The notes below the pieces were generated by a model. The model was given only the letters and a program-made list of their open reading frames with translations, was not told where the DNA came from and ran no database searches. A stretch of DNA of 64,000 nucleotides. Origin: an uncultured Candidatus Saccharibacteria bacterium. GTDB lineage: Bacteria > Patescibacteriota > Saccharimonadia > Saccharimonadales > Saccharimonadaceae. Below, piece by piece: positions 25,108 through 33,579 of the stretch. Position 1 is the stretch's first letter, and each line of letters opens with the position of its first letter. The DNA lies in contig CAUSLL010000002.1 in assembly GCA_963532835.1 (NCBI GenBank), positions 95 to 64,094 on the forward strand. The letters run 5' to 3'. Both the position numbers and the translations under genes were made by a program.

Positions 25108-25403
25108 TAGTTAAACCTCCCTGCGACATAGTTTGTAATAACAAAAGCACACCATACCACCAGCAGACCAACCACCGAATAGATGATACCGTTTTTAGCC
25201 TTGGAGACTTTGCCTGGATCACCAGCGGATACACTGTACATAATGCCATAGATGATGATGGAAATGATGGCCACCACTGCTGAAACTGCAAACACAAGGT
25301 TGGCTATATCACGCAGCGCTACACTATCATTTTTACGATCAGGAATCCCTACGTCACTCGGGGAACCTAATTGGCTAACAATTTGAACGATAAACTTTTC
25401 CAT
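25107..25403 (-). CDS. divergent pilin-like paralog P4 (no N-terminal signal peptide)
   Basis: 98 aa. The hydrophilic N-terminus is followed by the same two-TM hairpin: IIIYGIMYSVSAGDPGKVSKAKNGIIYSVVGLLVV. Confidence 0.6.
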   Translation of the reverse strand: MEKFIVQIVSQLGSPSDVGIPDRKNDSVALRDIANLVFAVSAVVAIISIIIYGIMYSVSAGDPGKVSKAKNGIIYSVVGLLVVWCAFVITNYVAGRFN

Positions 25404-25405
25404 AC

Positions 25406-25831
25406 TTATAACAATGCTCCTGATACCCAGTTTACTATACCCACTGAAGCAACGGCTATAACCAGTCCGATGATGGCATTAAAGACTGTTTTTCGTCCAC
25501 GAGCCGCCCGATCTGGCGATCCTGAGCTGGTGATGAACAGAAAACCACCGTATATGATGTATCCTGCTGCAATATAACCCGTGATTTGGAACAAGTCTTC
25601 AATGAGATTCAGGGCAATTCGCCAGATGTATGGGCCAAAACCGCCAACAGCGCTCGGGCTCTGTAGTTCACATGAATCACCTGACATCAAGTTATAGTAC
25701 CACGGTTTTAGTGTCATAATACGACCACGTTCATCACAAGCACCAGCTAAGGCAGGTTGTGTGCTGACAAATGCCATACCAAAGCTACCCATAAACACCA
25801 AAGTAACTGCTATAATTGCTCTTTTGATCAT
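25406..25831 (-). CDS. divergent pilin-like paralog P5
   Basis: 141 aa with a signal peptide ...TQPALA. Hairpin YIIYGGFLFITSSGSPDRAARGRKTVFNAIIGLVIAV. Its start overlaps the P6 stop (ATGA). Confidence 0.6.
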   Translation of the reverse strand: MIKRAIIAVTLVFMGSFGMAFVSTQPALAGACDERGRIMTLKPWYYNLMSGDSCELQSPSAVGGFGPYIWRIALNLIEDLFQITGYIAAGYIIYGGFLFITSSGSPDRAARGRKTVFNAIIGLVIAVASVGIVNWVSGALL

Positions 25832-26217
25832 GAGAATACTCCTCCTGGGATTAAGAATTGGGTGAGTGTAACGAAAAATGCATAGAGTAGCAAGCCTATC
25901 ACGACATTAATCCAAATCTCGCGAGCTTTTTTGATGTTTTCTGGCTTATCTCCAGATGATGAAAACAATATTCCACCATAGACTACCGCACCAACAGCTG
26001 TGACACCTACACCCATGGTCAAAATTTTTACCGCCTGTTTAACGATGTCAAATATAGCCTCTTTACCGCTCTTACCGCCACATTCTATGGTTGAAGTATC
26101 GACGCCAGCACATTTCTTCGCACTCTCCTCCTCAGCAAATACTGGAGTCGACACAGCAAAACCGACCAGTAAGACTACGGCAATGATGGTTTTTGTAAAG
26201 AAATTTCTGTTTACCAT
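25828..26217 (-). CDS. divergent pilin-like paralog P6
   Basis: 129 aa from MVNRNFFTKTIIAVVLLVGFAVSTPVFA. Hairpin VVYGGILFSSSGDKPENIKKAREIWINVVIGLLLYAFF. The track's TTG start at 26274 lies in the promoter, so it was trimmed. Confidence 0.6.
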   Translation of the reverse strand: MVNRNFFTKTIIAVVLLVGFAVSTPVFAEEESAKKCAGVDTSTIECGGKSGKEAIFDIVKQAVKILTMGVGVTAVGAVVYGGILFSSSGDKPENIKKAREIWINVVIGLLLYAFFVTLTQFLIPGGVFS

Positions 26218-26252
26218 GATTGTTCTACCAATATTAGGTTGATATGTGACTA

Positions 26253-26281
26253 ATTGTAAGATATTGTCGCTCAAAATGCAA
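26253..26281 (-). promoter_or_regulatory. promoter TTGCAT-17-TACAAT for the P6-P5-P4-P3 pilin operon
   Basis: Minus strand: TTGCAT (26281-26276), 17-nt spacer, TACAAT (26258-26253). Confidence 0.4.
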
Positions 26282-26346
26282 ACAACATTTCACCTGATGG
26301 CTCTTGAATATTAGGGAAGTCTTTGGTATTATGAGCTAGTTGACAT

Positions 26347-26424
26347 GCGCTCGTAGTGAAGTTGGTCCATCACGCCTCCCTGTCACGGAGGAGATCGCCG
26401 GTTCGAATCCGGTCGGGCGCGCCA
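26347..26424 (+). tRNA. tRNA-Asp (anticodon GTC), CCA encoded
   Basis: GCGCTCG...CCTCC-CTGTCAC-GGAGG...GGTTCGAATCCGGTCGGGCGCGCCA, folded by hand. Confidence 0.9.
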
Positions 26425-26427
26425 CAG

Positions 26428-26456
26428 ACACCCAGTTGACAGGGTGTTTTTATTTT
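26428..26456 (+). terminator. intrinsic terminator after tRNA-Asp
   Basis: ACACCC-8 nt-GGGTGT followed by TTTTTATTTT. Confidence 0.5.
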
Positions 26457-26572
26457 GCTGGTTTTCATACTTGTATTTTAGTATACTTTGTGTTATAATC
26501 ACGGCATATCGATTGTAGATATAATACATGTAACTAACCTGGTAGTAGACCAGAGAAAGAATCCCAAGCGTT

Positions 26573-27601
26573 ATGAACGAGCGTAACCCAAGCGATTCAA
26601 AAAATACATTAAACCGCCGAAGGTTCATGGAGCTTTTTACGGTCGGCGCTGGAACAATGGCTGTAGCAGCCTGTGGTAACAAGGAAAATCCTACACCGAA
26701 ACCAACATCAGGACAACTAGGTGAAAGAGTAGAGGACAGTCCTTCGCCGGAAGTATCTCCAACTCCTGAGGTGAGTTTTCAGAGTTTAGAATCTAGTGAA
26801 TTCAACTCAGAAGTTGAATTGTTCCAAAAATATTTTGAAAGCAATATACCAGACAAGGACAAGTTTAAAGCATCCTTATGTATACCAGAACGCATCTTTT
26901 CAGACCCTACAGAAATGTCAAAAGCCTTTAGTGCTGTTTTTGAGACGGTAACTAATGTGTTTACGTATGGAGAAGACGAGAAAGATAAAGGAATTGTTCC
27001 CGTATCTGAAGTTGAGAAAGTATGGAAGGCTAATGAGTTTGGCCGGGCTACCACAAATAAGCCTCGTCTCATAATGGCTGAAGAGTTGGTTGATTTCTTT
27101 TTGGAAGAGTATTGTGTTGACACGATACTCAAAAAACCAGGTGTATATCCAGACGGGAATCCAGAACCACTAAATTCTACCGATCTTCGTAGATGGTTAA
27201 CAGATGTCGTAAATGCACAACTTTCTCTCCAAAGAGAGTCTGAAGGAAAAGGGAGTGCATATTCTGTTGTTTCGCCAGCAAATCCAGATAGGGTTTTGAA
27301 AAATATTAAGGTCGAGGGGTTTACAGCTGAAAAGCAAAGTTACGCAGGCTCCAGCCTTTTTATGAAAAATGTCACCTTCCGCCCAGACACCAACTATAAT
27401 GAGTTAAGTTCATTCCTTGAAGAGGACAATGGTGTCAGCAAGGGCTATTTGGACCAGATTTTGGGTGAAGCTGTCAATGGTGTCAAATTTGAAAAAGTTT
27501 CCTTTACTAAATCTGAGACCAACCCTGGAACAGTGGTGCTATCTGACCTTACCTTTTACGCACCACGATCAGACACCTATACAAAACTACACCAAGACTA
27601 A
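26573..27601 (+). CDS. Tat-signal lipoprotein, function unknown (first gene of the T4SS-like block)
   Basis: 342 aa. Twin-arginine motif NRRRFMEL followed by lipobox AVAAC|GNK. No recognisable catalytic motif. Confidence 0.6.
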   Translation: MNERNPSDSKNTLNRRRFMELFTVGAGTMAVAACGNKENPTPKPTSGQLGERVEDSPSPEVSPTPEVSFQSLESSEFNSEVELFQKYFESNIPDKDKFKASLCIPERIFSDPTEMSKAFSAVFETVTNVFTYGEDEKDKGIVPVSEVEKVWKANEFGRATTNKPRLIMAEELVDFFLEEYCVDTILKKPGVYPDGNPEPLNSTDLRRWLTDVVNAQLSLQRESEGKGSAYSVVSPANPDRVLKNIKVEGFTAEKQSYAGSSLFMKNVTFRPDTNYNELSSFLEEDNGVSKGYLDQILGEAVNGVKFEKVSFTKSETNPGTVVLSDLTFYAPRSDTYTKLHQD

Positions 27602-27622
27602 TAAGCATTTGCGCTTTTGAGA

Positions 27623-27657
27623 CATATACACTACAATTTGTAGTGTATATGTTTTTT
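27623..27657 (+). terminator. strong hairpin plus T6 located 19 nt upstream of the VirB6-like gene start
   Basis: CATATACACTAC-AATTT-GTAGTGTATATG forms a perfect 12-bp stem, followed by TTTTTT. Confidence 0.6.
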
Positions 27658-27675
27658 CTGAAAGGGCATCAAAAC

Positions 27676-30600
27676 ATGGGTAAAAAGCGAGGGTTGATAG
27701 TACTCTCCGCGCTAGTAGTGGCACTTATATCAGCGGTGTTACTTGCTCCGCAGGCAGAGGCTGCGAAAAATTTGAAATTACGGCAAAAAGTTGAATCGGC
27801 GTTAATCTATGCCAACCTAACACATCGAGGTGAAGACACAGGAACAGGTGGTCGTGATGGCGCTACAGGAGCTGATTGGTCATGCATTAATGATCTTTCA
27901 GGGGCAAGATATAGAGATACTTCATCCACTGACGCCAACTGGCCCCCTTCAAATGGCGATAATGCAGAAAACCAAAATACCTTTGTAGGAAAGAAGGCAG
28001 CTAACGGCATACAAAACTTTAAAGGTGTTGATCCGATCACCACAACTGCAGCATCAGACCGCAGTTGCGCTGGGCTTATGAAAGCTGGCATTGACATATG
28101 GGAAGGATCTTCTAAATATGCTGATTTCTACCGACACATGGGAGGTAAATTCTTTACTCAGAGTTCTAAAAATCAGGCTGGGTGGTTATTCCGTGGAGTC
28201 AGGTATAGTGGTGATAAGGACGATATAGCAGATAGCTGCACTAGCTATCCTCATGAAAGCTGGGGACGTTTTTCAGCAGCCGTAAACAATCTAGATGGCA
28301 TAACTGGGAAATATATTAAAAATTACAGGGTTGGTCCAGATAGCTGGGCAGCCGACTCAGTACCATATGCATGCGTCCCAAGCAAGGGCGGAAAAACTAT
28401 TAGGGATGCATTAGATAACGGTATTAAAAATGCAACTGGTAGCTTGCCATCGATAACATCTGGTAGTGCGGAGCATTGGTATATGCACTCAACAATATTT
28501 ACCGGTGGCTGTGATGCAAAAAGAGAAGGGTCTCTGAAAGAAGTTCCCGGGGCTAACCCGGACAGTTCTGGTTATTATTACTACAAGATTCCTTTCACTA
28601 GCAAAGACGGTAAAAATGGCGATATTATATATAAAACTTCCGGAGGAAACAAAACCTTCTGGGTGATTCAACCTGGTGATAGTACTGGTAAAATGACAAA
28701 GGTAGCATGTAAAGATATAGGGTCTTGGCTACAGACCAACAAAGCTGCTTTTGACAAATTTGCAAAATATGCGTCTGAGCATAAAGACGAGCATAAAGAT
28801 CTTGCCATAGGAGACTCTCCAGAAAAAAGTGCCGACTCCTCAGCACAGTCTACAGAAGATGCCGGGGAGCAAAAAGAGGAAAAAACATGTACTAGTGAGT
28901 TAACGGGTATCGGGTGGTTTATCTGCCCAGTCATTGACAAACTGGCTGACTTTGCCGACTCAGTCTGGGGAATGTTAGAAGAATATTTAGTTACAAGCCC
29001 CTTGCAGGCTTCAAATGATGGTCCATACAAATCATGGAAAGTCATGCGAGACCTTGCTAATGTCCTGTTGGCGCTGGTATTTATACTAATCATCATCTCA
29101 CAGGTGTCAAATGTCGGTATATCCAATTACGGCATCAAAAAAATGTTGCCTCGTTTCATCATTGCTGCGGTTGCGGTAAACATATCCTACTTTGTCATCC
29201 AGGTCATCGTTGATATTGCAAACATTCTCGGCAGTACGCTTTTGGCAATTATCACTGAACCAATTAGTACTGTAGATGTTAAAAATGTCGGCTGGGGCAA
29301 CCTCTTAACCCTGATTTTAGGAGCGACGACGACCACAGCTGCGACGCTAGCCGGCGGGGTTGTTGCTGCATCTGTTTTTGGAATTGGAACTATGTTTATG
29401 TTCGTGCTCATGGCGATCGTTCCGGGTGTTATCGGAGTGGTCGGGGGGCTTATCGCATTAGTATTTCGATCAGCACTGATACCAGTCCTCGCCATCTTGG
29501 CTCCGCTGGCTTTTGCGGCCTGGATTTTACCAAATACCCAAGGCGTCTTTGACAAATGGAAAAAAGTCTTCACTGGTATGGTCTTCCTATACCCTCTAGC
29601 AGCAATATACTATGGCGGGCTTAAGCTATTGTCTTTCACTATCCTGGATAATCCTGACAGTGACACAATGCAACGGCTGATGGCGCTATTTCTGATGTTT
29701 GCTGGTACTTTCGTCATCCTCGGTATGGCACTGAAGTCCAATGCTATCATCGGCAGCCTGATGGGGCGAGCCAGTGGACTGTTAAACAAAGCGTCGGCAC
29801 CGGCACTTAATGCAGGAAATAAATTCGCCAAACGTAGAGCAAGCATGAAGCGCAGTGAATTTATGGCTAGAGATTTTAGTAAGAATCCAGTAAGGGGACG
29901 CTTGCAAGGAGGTCTAAGAAAATTACGTCAACGCTCACTTGACCGAGAAACTCGAGCATCGCTGGCAGAACAGAGCGAGCAACAGCGTTACCGAGCAGGG
30001 TTGGCTGAGGCTTCTGGAGGTGAACTGGACAAGCGCCTTGGGTTTGCAGCAGCTACTACTGGTGGTCAGGAATACATCCATAAATTATCCCAAGAGGCTG
30101 CAGCTAAAAAATTGCGGTTCGAATACAACAGTAATGCAGTTGAGGCTCTACGGTCAGATGACAAATACGTTCAAGCAGCAGCAGCAGAAAAACTGTCTCA
30201 ACAAGGCGCTTGGGGAACAGGACAGTTGCGTAAATATCTGGAAGAAGGTGGTAAAATTACCAGTATCGAGATGGGGGATGCCCTTACTAGCGTGAAGAAG
30301 TACGATGCCGGAGTGGCTGCTGCCGGAGTGGCTGGTTTTGATGCAATAGGCAAAGGACAGCAGGCTTATGGCGTCAGTCGAGAAGAGTTAGCCCAAATGA
30401 CAAGTAAAGCATTTGAAAACCTTTCTGTAGATAATTTATCTACGCAGAGTGCAGAGGCACTTGTTAATGCTTACGACAAGGGAGGCTTGGCAAACAGTAG
30501 GGCTGCTGAAGTGTCCGATAGTTCACGATACATGGGTCAAGCCAATGGTAAGACCGCACCAGTATTTGAAGCCCTGGGTCAAAAAGGAGAAAAAGGTCAG

Positions 30601-30993
30601 ACCAATCTTAAGGCAGCAATTGACACAATAAAGTCCAATATGGCTAGTTCGCAGCCAGCAACACCATCTGTACCACCATTGCAGCAAAATCAAGCTCCGC
30701 AGGGTGTGGCGCAGCCAACACCTTCTCAGGCACCAAGCATGACTCCTGATCGTTACTACCCCATCAAAGAGCAGGCGCGGGGACCAGAAGCTCCAAAACC
30801 AGATTCACTGTCTTCAGGTGGTCAAACACAAGCTCCGGCTCCACAGGTTAACGTTACCGTACAAGTGGATAGATCTTCTAATCCGACGGATGCTACCAGT
30901 ATCCCACCGAGCTATATTGACCAGGGTGGCACCAGTGGCACTGGACGGTCACAGCACCGACGCAACCGACCGCCTACTGCGTTTGGCCGATAG
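27676..30993 (+). CDS. giant VirB6/TrbL-like polytopic membrane protein A (Cys-rich ectodomain + TM core + long C-terminal domain)
   Basis: 1105 aa from MGKKRGLIVLSALVV. Signal peptide ...APQAEA, a ~400-aa Cys-containing ectodomain, at least 6 TM helices (aa ~470-720), a ~300-aa charged domain and a P/Q-rich tail. Assignment rests on topology and context, not on a search. Confidence 0.6.
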   Translation: MGKKRGLIVLSALVVALISAVLLAPQAEAAKNLKLRQKVESALIYANLTHRGEDTGTGGRDGATGADWSCINDLSGARYRDTSSTDANWPPSNGDNAENQNTFVGKKAANGIQNFKGVDPITTTAASDRSCAGLMKAGIDIWEGSSKYADFYRHMGGKFFTQSSKNQAGWLFRGVRYSGDKDDIADSCTSYPHESWGRFSAAVNNLDGITGKYIKNYRVGPDSWAADSVPYACVPSKGGKTIRDALDNGIKNATGSLPSITSGSAEHWYMHSTIFTGGCDAKREGSLKEVPGANPDSSGYYYYKIPFTSKDGKNGDIIYKTSGGNKTFWVIQPGDSTGKMTKVACKDIGSWLQTNKAAFDKFAKYASEHKDEHKDLAIGDSPEKSADSSAQSTEDAGEQKEEKTCTSELTGIGWFICPVIDKLADFADSVWGMLEEYLVTSPLQASNDGPYKSWKVMRDLANVLLALVFILIIISQVSNVGISNYGIKKMLPRFIIAAVAVNISYFVIQVIVDIANILGSTLLAIITEPISTVDVKNVGWGNLLTLILGATTTTAATLAGGVVAASVFGIGTMFMFVLMAIVPGVIGVVGGLIALVFRSALIPVLAILAPLAFAAWILPNTQGVFDKWKKVFTGMVFLYPLAAIYYGGLKLLSFTILDNPDSDTMQRLMALFLMFAGTFVILGMALKSNAIIGSLMGRASGLLNKASAPALNAGNKFAKRRASMKRSEFMARDFSKNPVRGRLQGGLRKLRQRSLDRETRASLAEQSEQQRYRAGLAEASGGELDKRLGFAAATTGGQEYIHKLSQEAAAKKLRFEYNSNAVEALRSDDKYVQAAAAEKLSQQGAWGTGQLRKYLEEGGKITSIEMGDALTSVKKYDAGVAAAGVAGFDAIGKGQQAYGVSREELAQMTSKAFENLSVDNLSTQSAEALVNAYDKGGLANSRAAEVSDSSRYMGQANGKTAPVFEALGQKGEKGQTNLKAAIDTIKSNMASSQPATPSVPPLQQNQAPQGVAQPTPSQAPSMTPDRYYPIKEQARGPEAPKPDSLSSGGQTQAPAPQVNVTVQVDRSSNPTDATSIPPSYIDQGGTSGTGRSQHRRNRPPTAFGR

Positions 30994-31003
30994 ATTCATA
31001 TAG

Positions 31004-31032
31004 TTGACTTTTGCGCGAAAAAATGCTACCAT
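31004..31032 (+). promoter_or_regulatory. internal promoter candidate TTGACT-17-TACCAT (with TGC extended -10)
   Basis: Lies in the 62-nt spacer between the two VirB6-like genes. Confidence 0.3.
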
Positions 31033-31055
31033 TTACAGTAATGGAGTGGTTGAAA

Positions 31056-33554
31056 ATGCGAGTGCGTCCGCAAATACGTCGGTCGCAGTGGTTTGCCATA
31101 CTGACTATTGGTATTTTTGTCGGGTTTTTTAGTGGTATACTCATCAACTCTACTTCGGTTTATGCCGCTGAAGCTCAGTGGAAAAGCGACTCACTAGTCG
31201 TTGATGGCAAAACCCTCAAACCAGTTAACGACACGGCTCGTAAAAAACTGCTTGGTCGCGACAGTAAGGACTGGGTCTATGAGGCGGTTGAAGGCAATCA
31301 ATCAACCGTGGTCTTTTTCGCTGGAAATAGCAATCCACGAACCGCTACTACTGCTAAATACGTCAAATACACCCTGAACGGCAGCACACCAACACCGACA
31401 GGCGAGCCAGAGGACATTGAAGTTAAACAGGACAGCAACCCCAGCGAGGCAGAGTGTGATGTGAGAGGGGGAACCGGTTGGTTTATTTGCCCAATCTCTA
31501 ACGGAATCGCCTCAGGAATTGACGAAGTTTATACATGGATTTCCGACCTGATGACCACACCGGCGATAGACAGCTCCAACAATAGCTCTGGGGTAAAGGT
31601 GGCTTGGGACATCATGCGAAATATTGCCAATGCAGCGTTTATTGTCGCTTTTTTGATCGTTATTTATTCACAACTCACCTCAGTTGGCATCAGTAATTAT
31701 GGCATTAAAAAACTAGTTCCACGAGTGGTTATTGCCGCAATCTTAGTCAACCTGTCTTTCATCATTTGTGCCTTAATGATTGATTTATCAAACATCTTCG
31801 GTGTTGCCTTACAAGATATGTTCAACGAAATCCGTTCTCAAGTGTCAGCAAACGGCGCGTTCAATGGTGCTCCACTACCAACTTGGAGCGACTTGGTAGC
31901 CATGGTCCTGTCTGGTGGTGCAGCGACAGCGGGGGTGTATGGCGCACTAGCGGTAACCGGTGGATCATTAGCTTCAGCTGCTTACTGGCTACTGCCTATC
32001 ATCGCTAGTATTTTACTAACTCTAACGGTCGTCTTTATCATCTTGGCAGCACGACAAGCATTATTAATCATCCTGACCGTCATATCACCACTAGCTTTCG
32101 TGTGCTATCTGTTACCAGGCACCGAGAAATTCTTTGAAAAATGGCGAAACTTAATGTTCACCTTGGTGATATTTTTCCCGGCATTTTCAGTGGTCTTTGG
32201 CGGAGCACAGCTGGCAGGAATGATCATTTTACAAAACGCCAACTCATGGATTATGGTAATTTTAGGGCTGGCAGTGCAAGTTTCAGCCCTAGCTATCGCA
32301 CCTCTGGTGTTCAAGTTGAGTGGCGGTGTACTGGGTCGAGTGGCTGGTATCGTCAATAACAAGAACCGCGGCGTTATTGACCGCACCAAAAACTGGTCTC
32401 GTGACCGTAGCCAATTGGCAGCACACAAGAATTCATTAGGTAAATCAGATGATGAATTGAAGAAAATCAGTGGCCTCCGTAAAATGGGGCGCTGGGCTAA
32501 TTACCGCTCACGTAAGTTCAAAACCCGTTCAGAAGCCTACCAAAAGCGTGCTGATGCAGCATACAAACTTTCCCGCGCCAATCAGATTGCTGACATTGAG
32601 TCACGGGCTGCCGCTGACCAATTGTCACTAGCCGATGTTACAACCGCAAACGCTTATGAGGAGATGAAAGTTGAAGGTACACCGACACCAGCCAACCTGA
32701 GAAAGAGAGCTGCCCGCCGCTATGAAACACTACAGGAAGAAACTCAACGAGAAGCGCGTAGTATTGCAATTCAAGGGCTGCGAAAAAACAGTATTCAGCG
32801 CGTTAATGACTACATCTTAGCAAACGACTTAGCTAACCAAGAGGATTTGCGAGCCCAAGCAGGTTCTGTGGAAAATATGTACTTTGGTAACGACCGTGGT
32901 TCACAGCGTGTGTGGTCAACGGCACGTAGCACCATCACTAAGGCTAATAAGGAATCGATTGAGAACGCTATGACTATTCTCAATGCCATGAACGTCAGCA
33001 ATGATGATATGGTGGAATTGGCTAATGGTGTTAGTCGACGCGGCTTGACGGTCACTGATGATATCCGCTACGCAGCGATTCACCACGTGTTAGGTGGTAA
33101 AGATGCCGTGGCCATCCAAAGCTTACTACAAAAAACCGACTTCGGTGCGCTTAATGACGACTTCGCGCAAGAATATGGTGACGCATTGCTATCCAACTCT
33201 GCTAAGCCAGCTTGGTTGGGTGGTGCAGCTGCCGCGGCCATTAAGGCAAATAAGGTTGACATGAACGGTCCAGACTACATGAGGAAGCTTATGCTTGATA
33301 ACCTTAATATCGGTGGTTTGTCGACCGAAGCAATTGTTGGTTCAGACCTGGCTTACTTGAAGCCGCTCAAGGAAGCCCTGAGCGACCAAAGCTTTGTCTC
33401 ACAAATCAATGAAACTGGACTGGACACACTGCGCAAGAACCTTGTTTTGGCACAAACTGATCCTCGATTTAGTAGTCGAATTGGTAAGACCGGTGGTACA
33501 ATTCGAGAAATCTCTCTTTCTCTGGGGATTAAGCCCGAAGATTTAACTAGTTAA
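31056..33554 (+). CDS. giant VirB6/TrbL-like polytopic membrane protein B (paralog of A)
   Basis: 832 aa from ATG 31056, with GGAGTGG SD 7 nt upstream. Shares GTGWFICP and W-x-[VI]MR-x-[LI]AN...SQ[VL][ST][NS]VGISNYGIKK[ML][LV]PR with protein A. Has a TM core and a ~400-aa C-terminal domain. Confidence 0.6.
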   Translation: MRVRPQIRRSQWFAILTIGIFVGFFSGILINSTSVYAAEAQWKSDSLVVDGKTLKPVNDTARKKLLGRDSKDWVYEAVEGNQSTVVFFAGNSNPRTATTAKYVKYTLNGSTPTPTGEPEDIEVKQDSNPSEAECDVRGGTGWFICPISNGIASGIDEVYTWISDLMTTPAIDSSNNSSGVKVAWDIMRNIANAAFIVAFLIVIYSQLTSVGISNYGIKKLVPRVVIAAILVNLSFIICALMIDLSNIFGVALQDMFNEIRSQVSANGAFNGAPLPTWSDLVAMVLSGGAATAGVYGALAVTGGSLASAAYWLLPIIASILLTLTVVFIILAARQALLIILTVISPLAFVCYLLPGTEKFFEKWRNLMFTLVIFFPAFSVVFGGAQLAGMIILQNANSWIMVILGLAVQVSALAIAPLVFKLSGGVLGRVAGIVNNKNRGVIDRTKNWSRDRSQLAAHKNSLGKSDDELKKISGLRKMGRWANYRSRKFKTRSEAYQKRADAAYKLSRANQIADIESRAAADQLSLADVTTANAYEEMKVEGTPTPANLRKRAARRYETLQEETQREARSIAIQGLRKNSIQRVNDYILANDLANQEDLRAQAGSVENMYFGNDRGSQRVWSTARSTITKANKESIENAMTILNAMNVSNDDMVELANGVSRRGLTVTDDIRYAAIHHVLGGKDAVAIQSLLQKTDFGALNDDFAQEYGDALLSNSAKPAWLGGAAAAAIKANKVDMNGPDYMRKLMLDNLNIGGLSTEAIVGSDLAYLKPLKEALSDQSFVSQINETGLDTLRKNLVLAQTDPRFSSRIGKTGGTIREISLSLGIKPEDLTS

Positions 33555-33562
33555 GCTATCTT

Positions 33563-33571
33563 TGCTATACT
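33563..33571 (+). promoter_or_regulatory. extended -10 (TGCTATACT) 8 nt upstream of the PrgI-like ATG
   Basis: TGC at 33563-33565 and TATACT at 33566-33571. ATG at 33580 with no SD. Confidence 0.35.
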
Positions 33572-33579
33572 AGTAGCAT

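Noticed and set aside
26218-26274. Longer N-terminal extensions offered by the ORF track (TTG 26274, ATG 27643, TTG 31011, TTG 51450, TTG 62561, GTG 16131, ATG 3520, 9116, 9429, 44980, 61823, 62547)
   Set aside because: Each extension covers promoter hexamers, a terminator hairpin (27623-27657), CIRCE or the neighbouring gene. Each also precedes a downstream ATG that has a proper SD or leaderless geometry and the conserved family N-terminus (MAKK for Gro[11 protein letters not shown] for RmlA, and so on).
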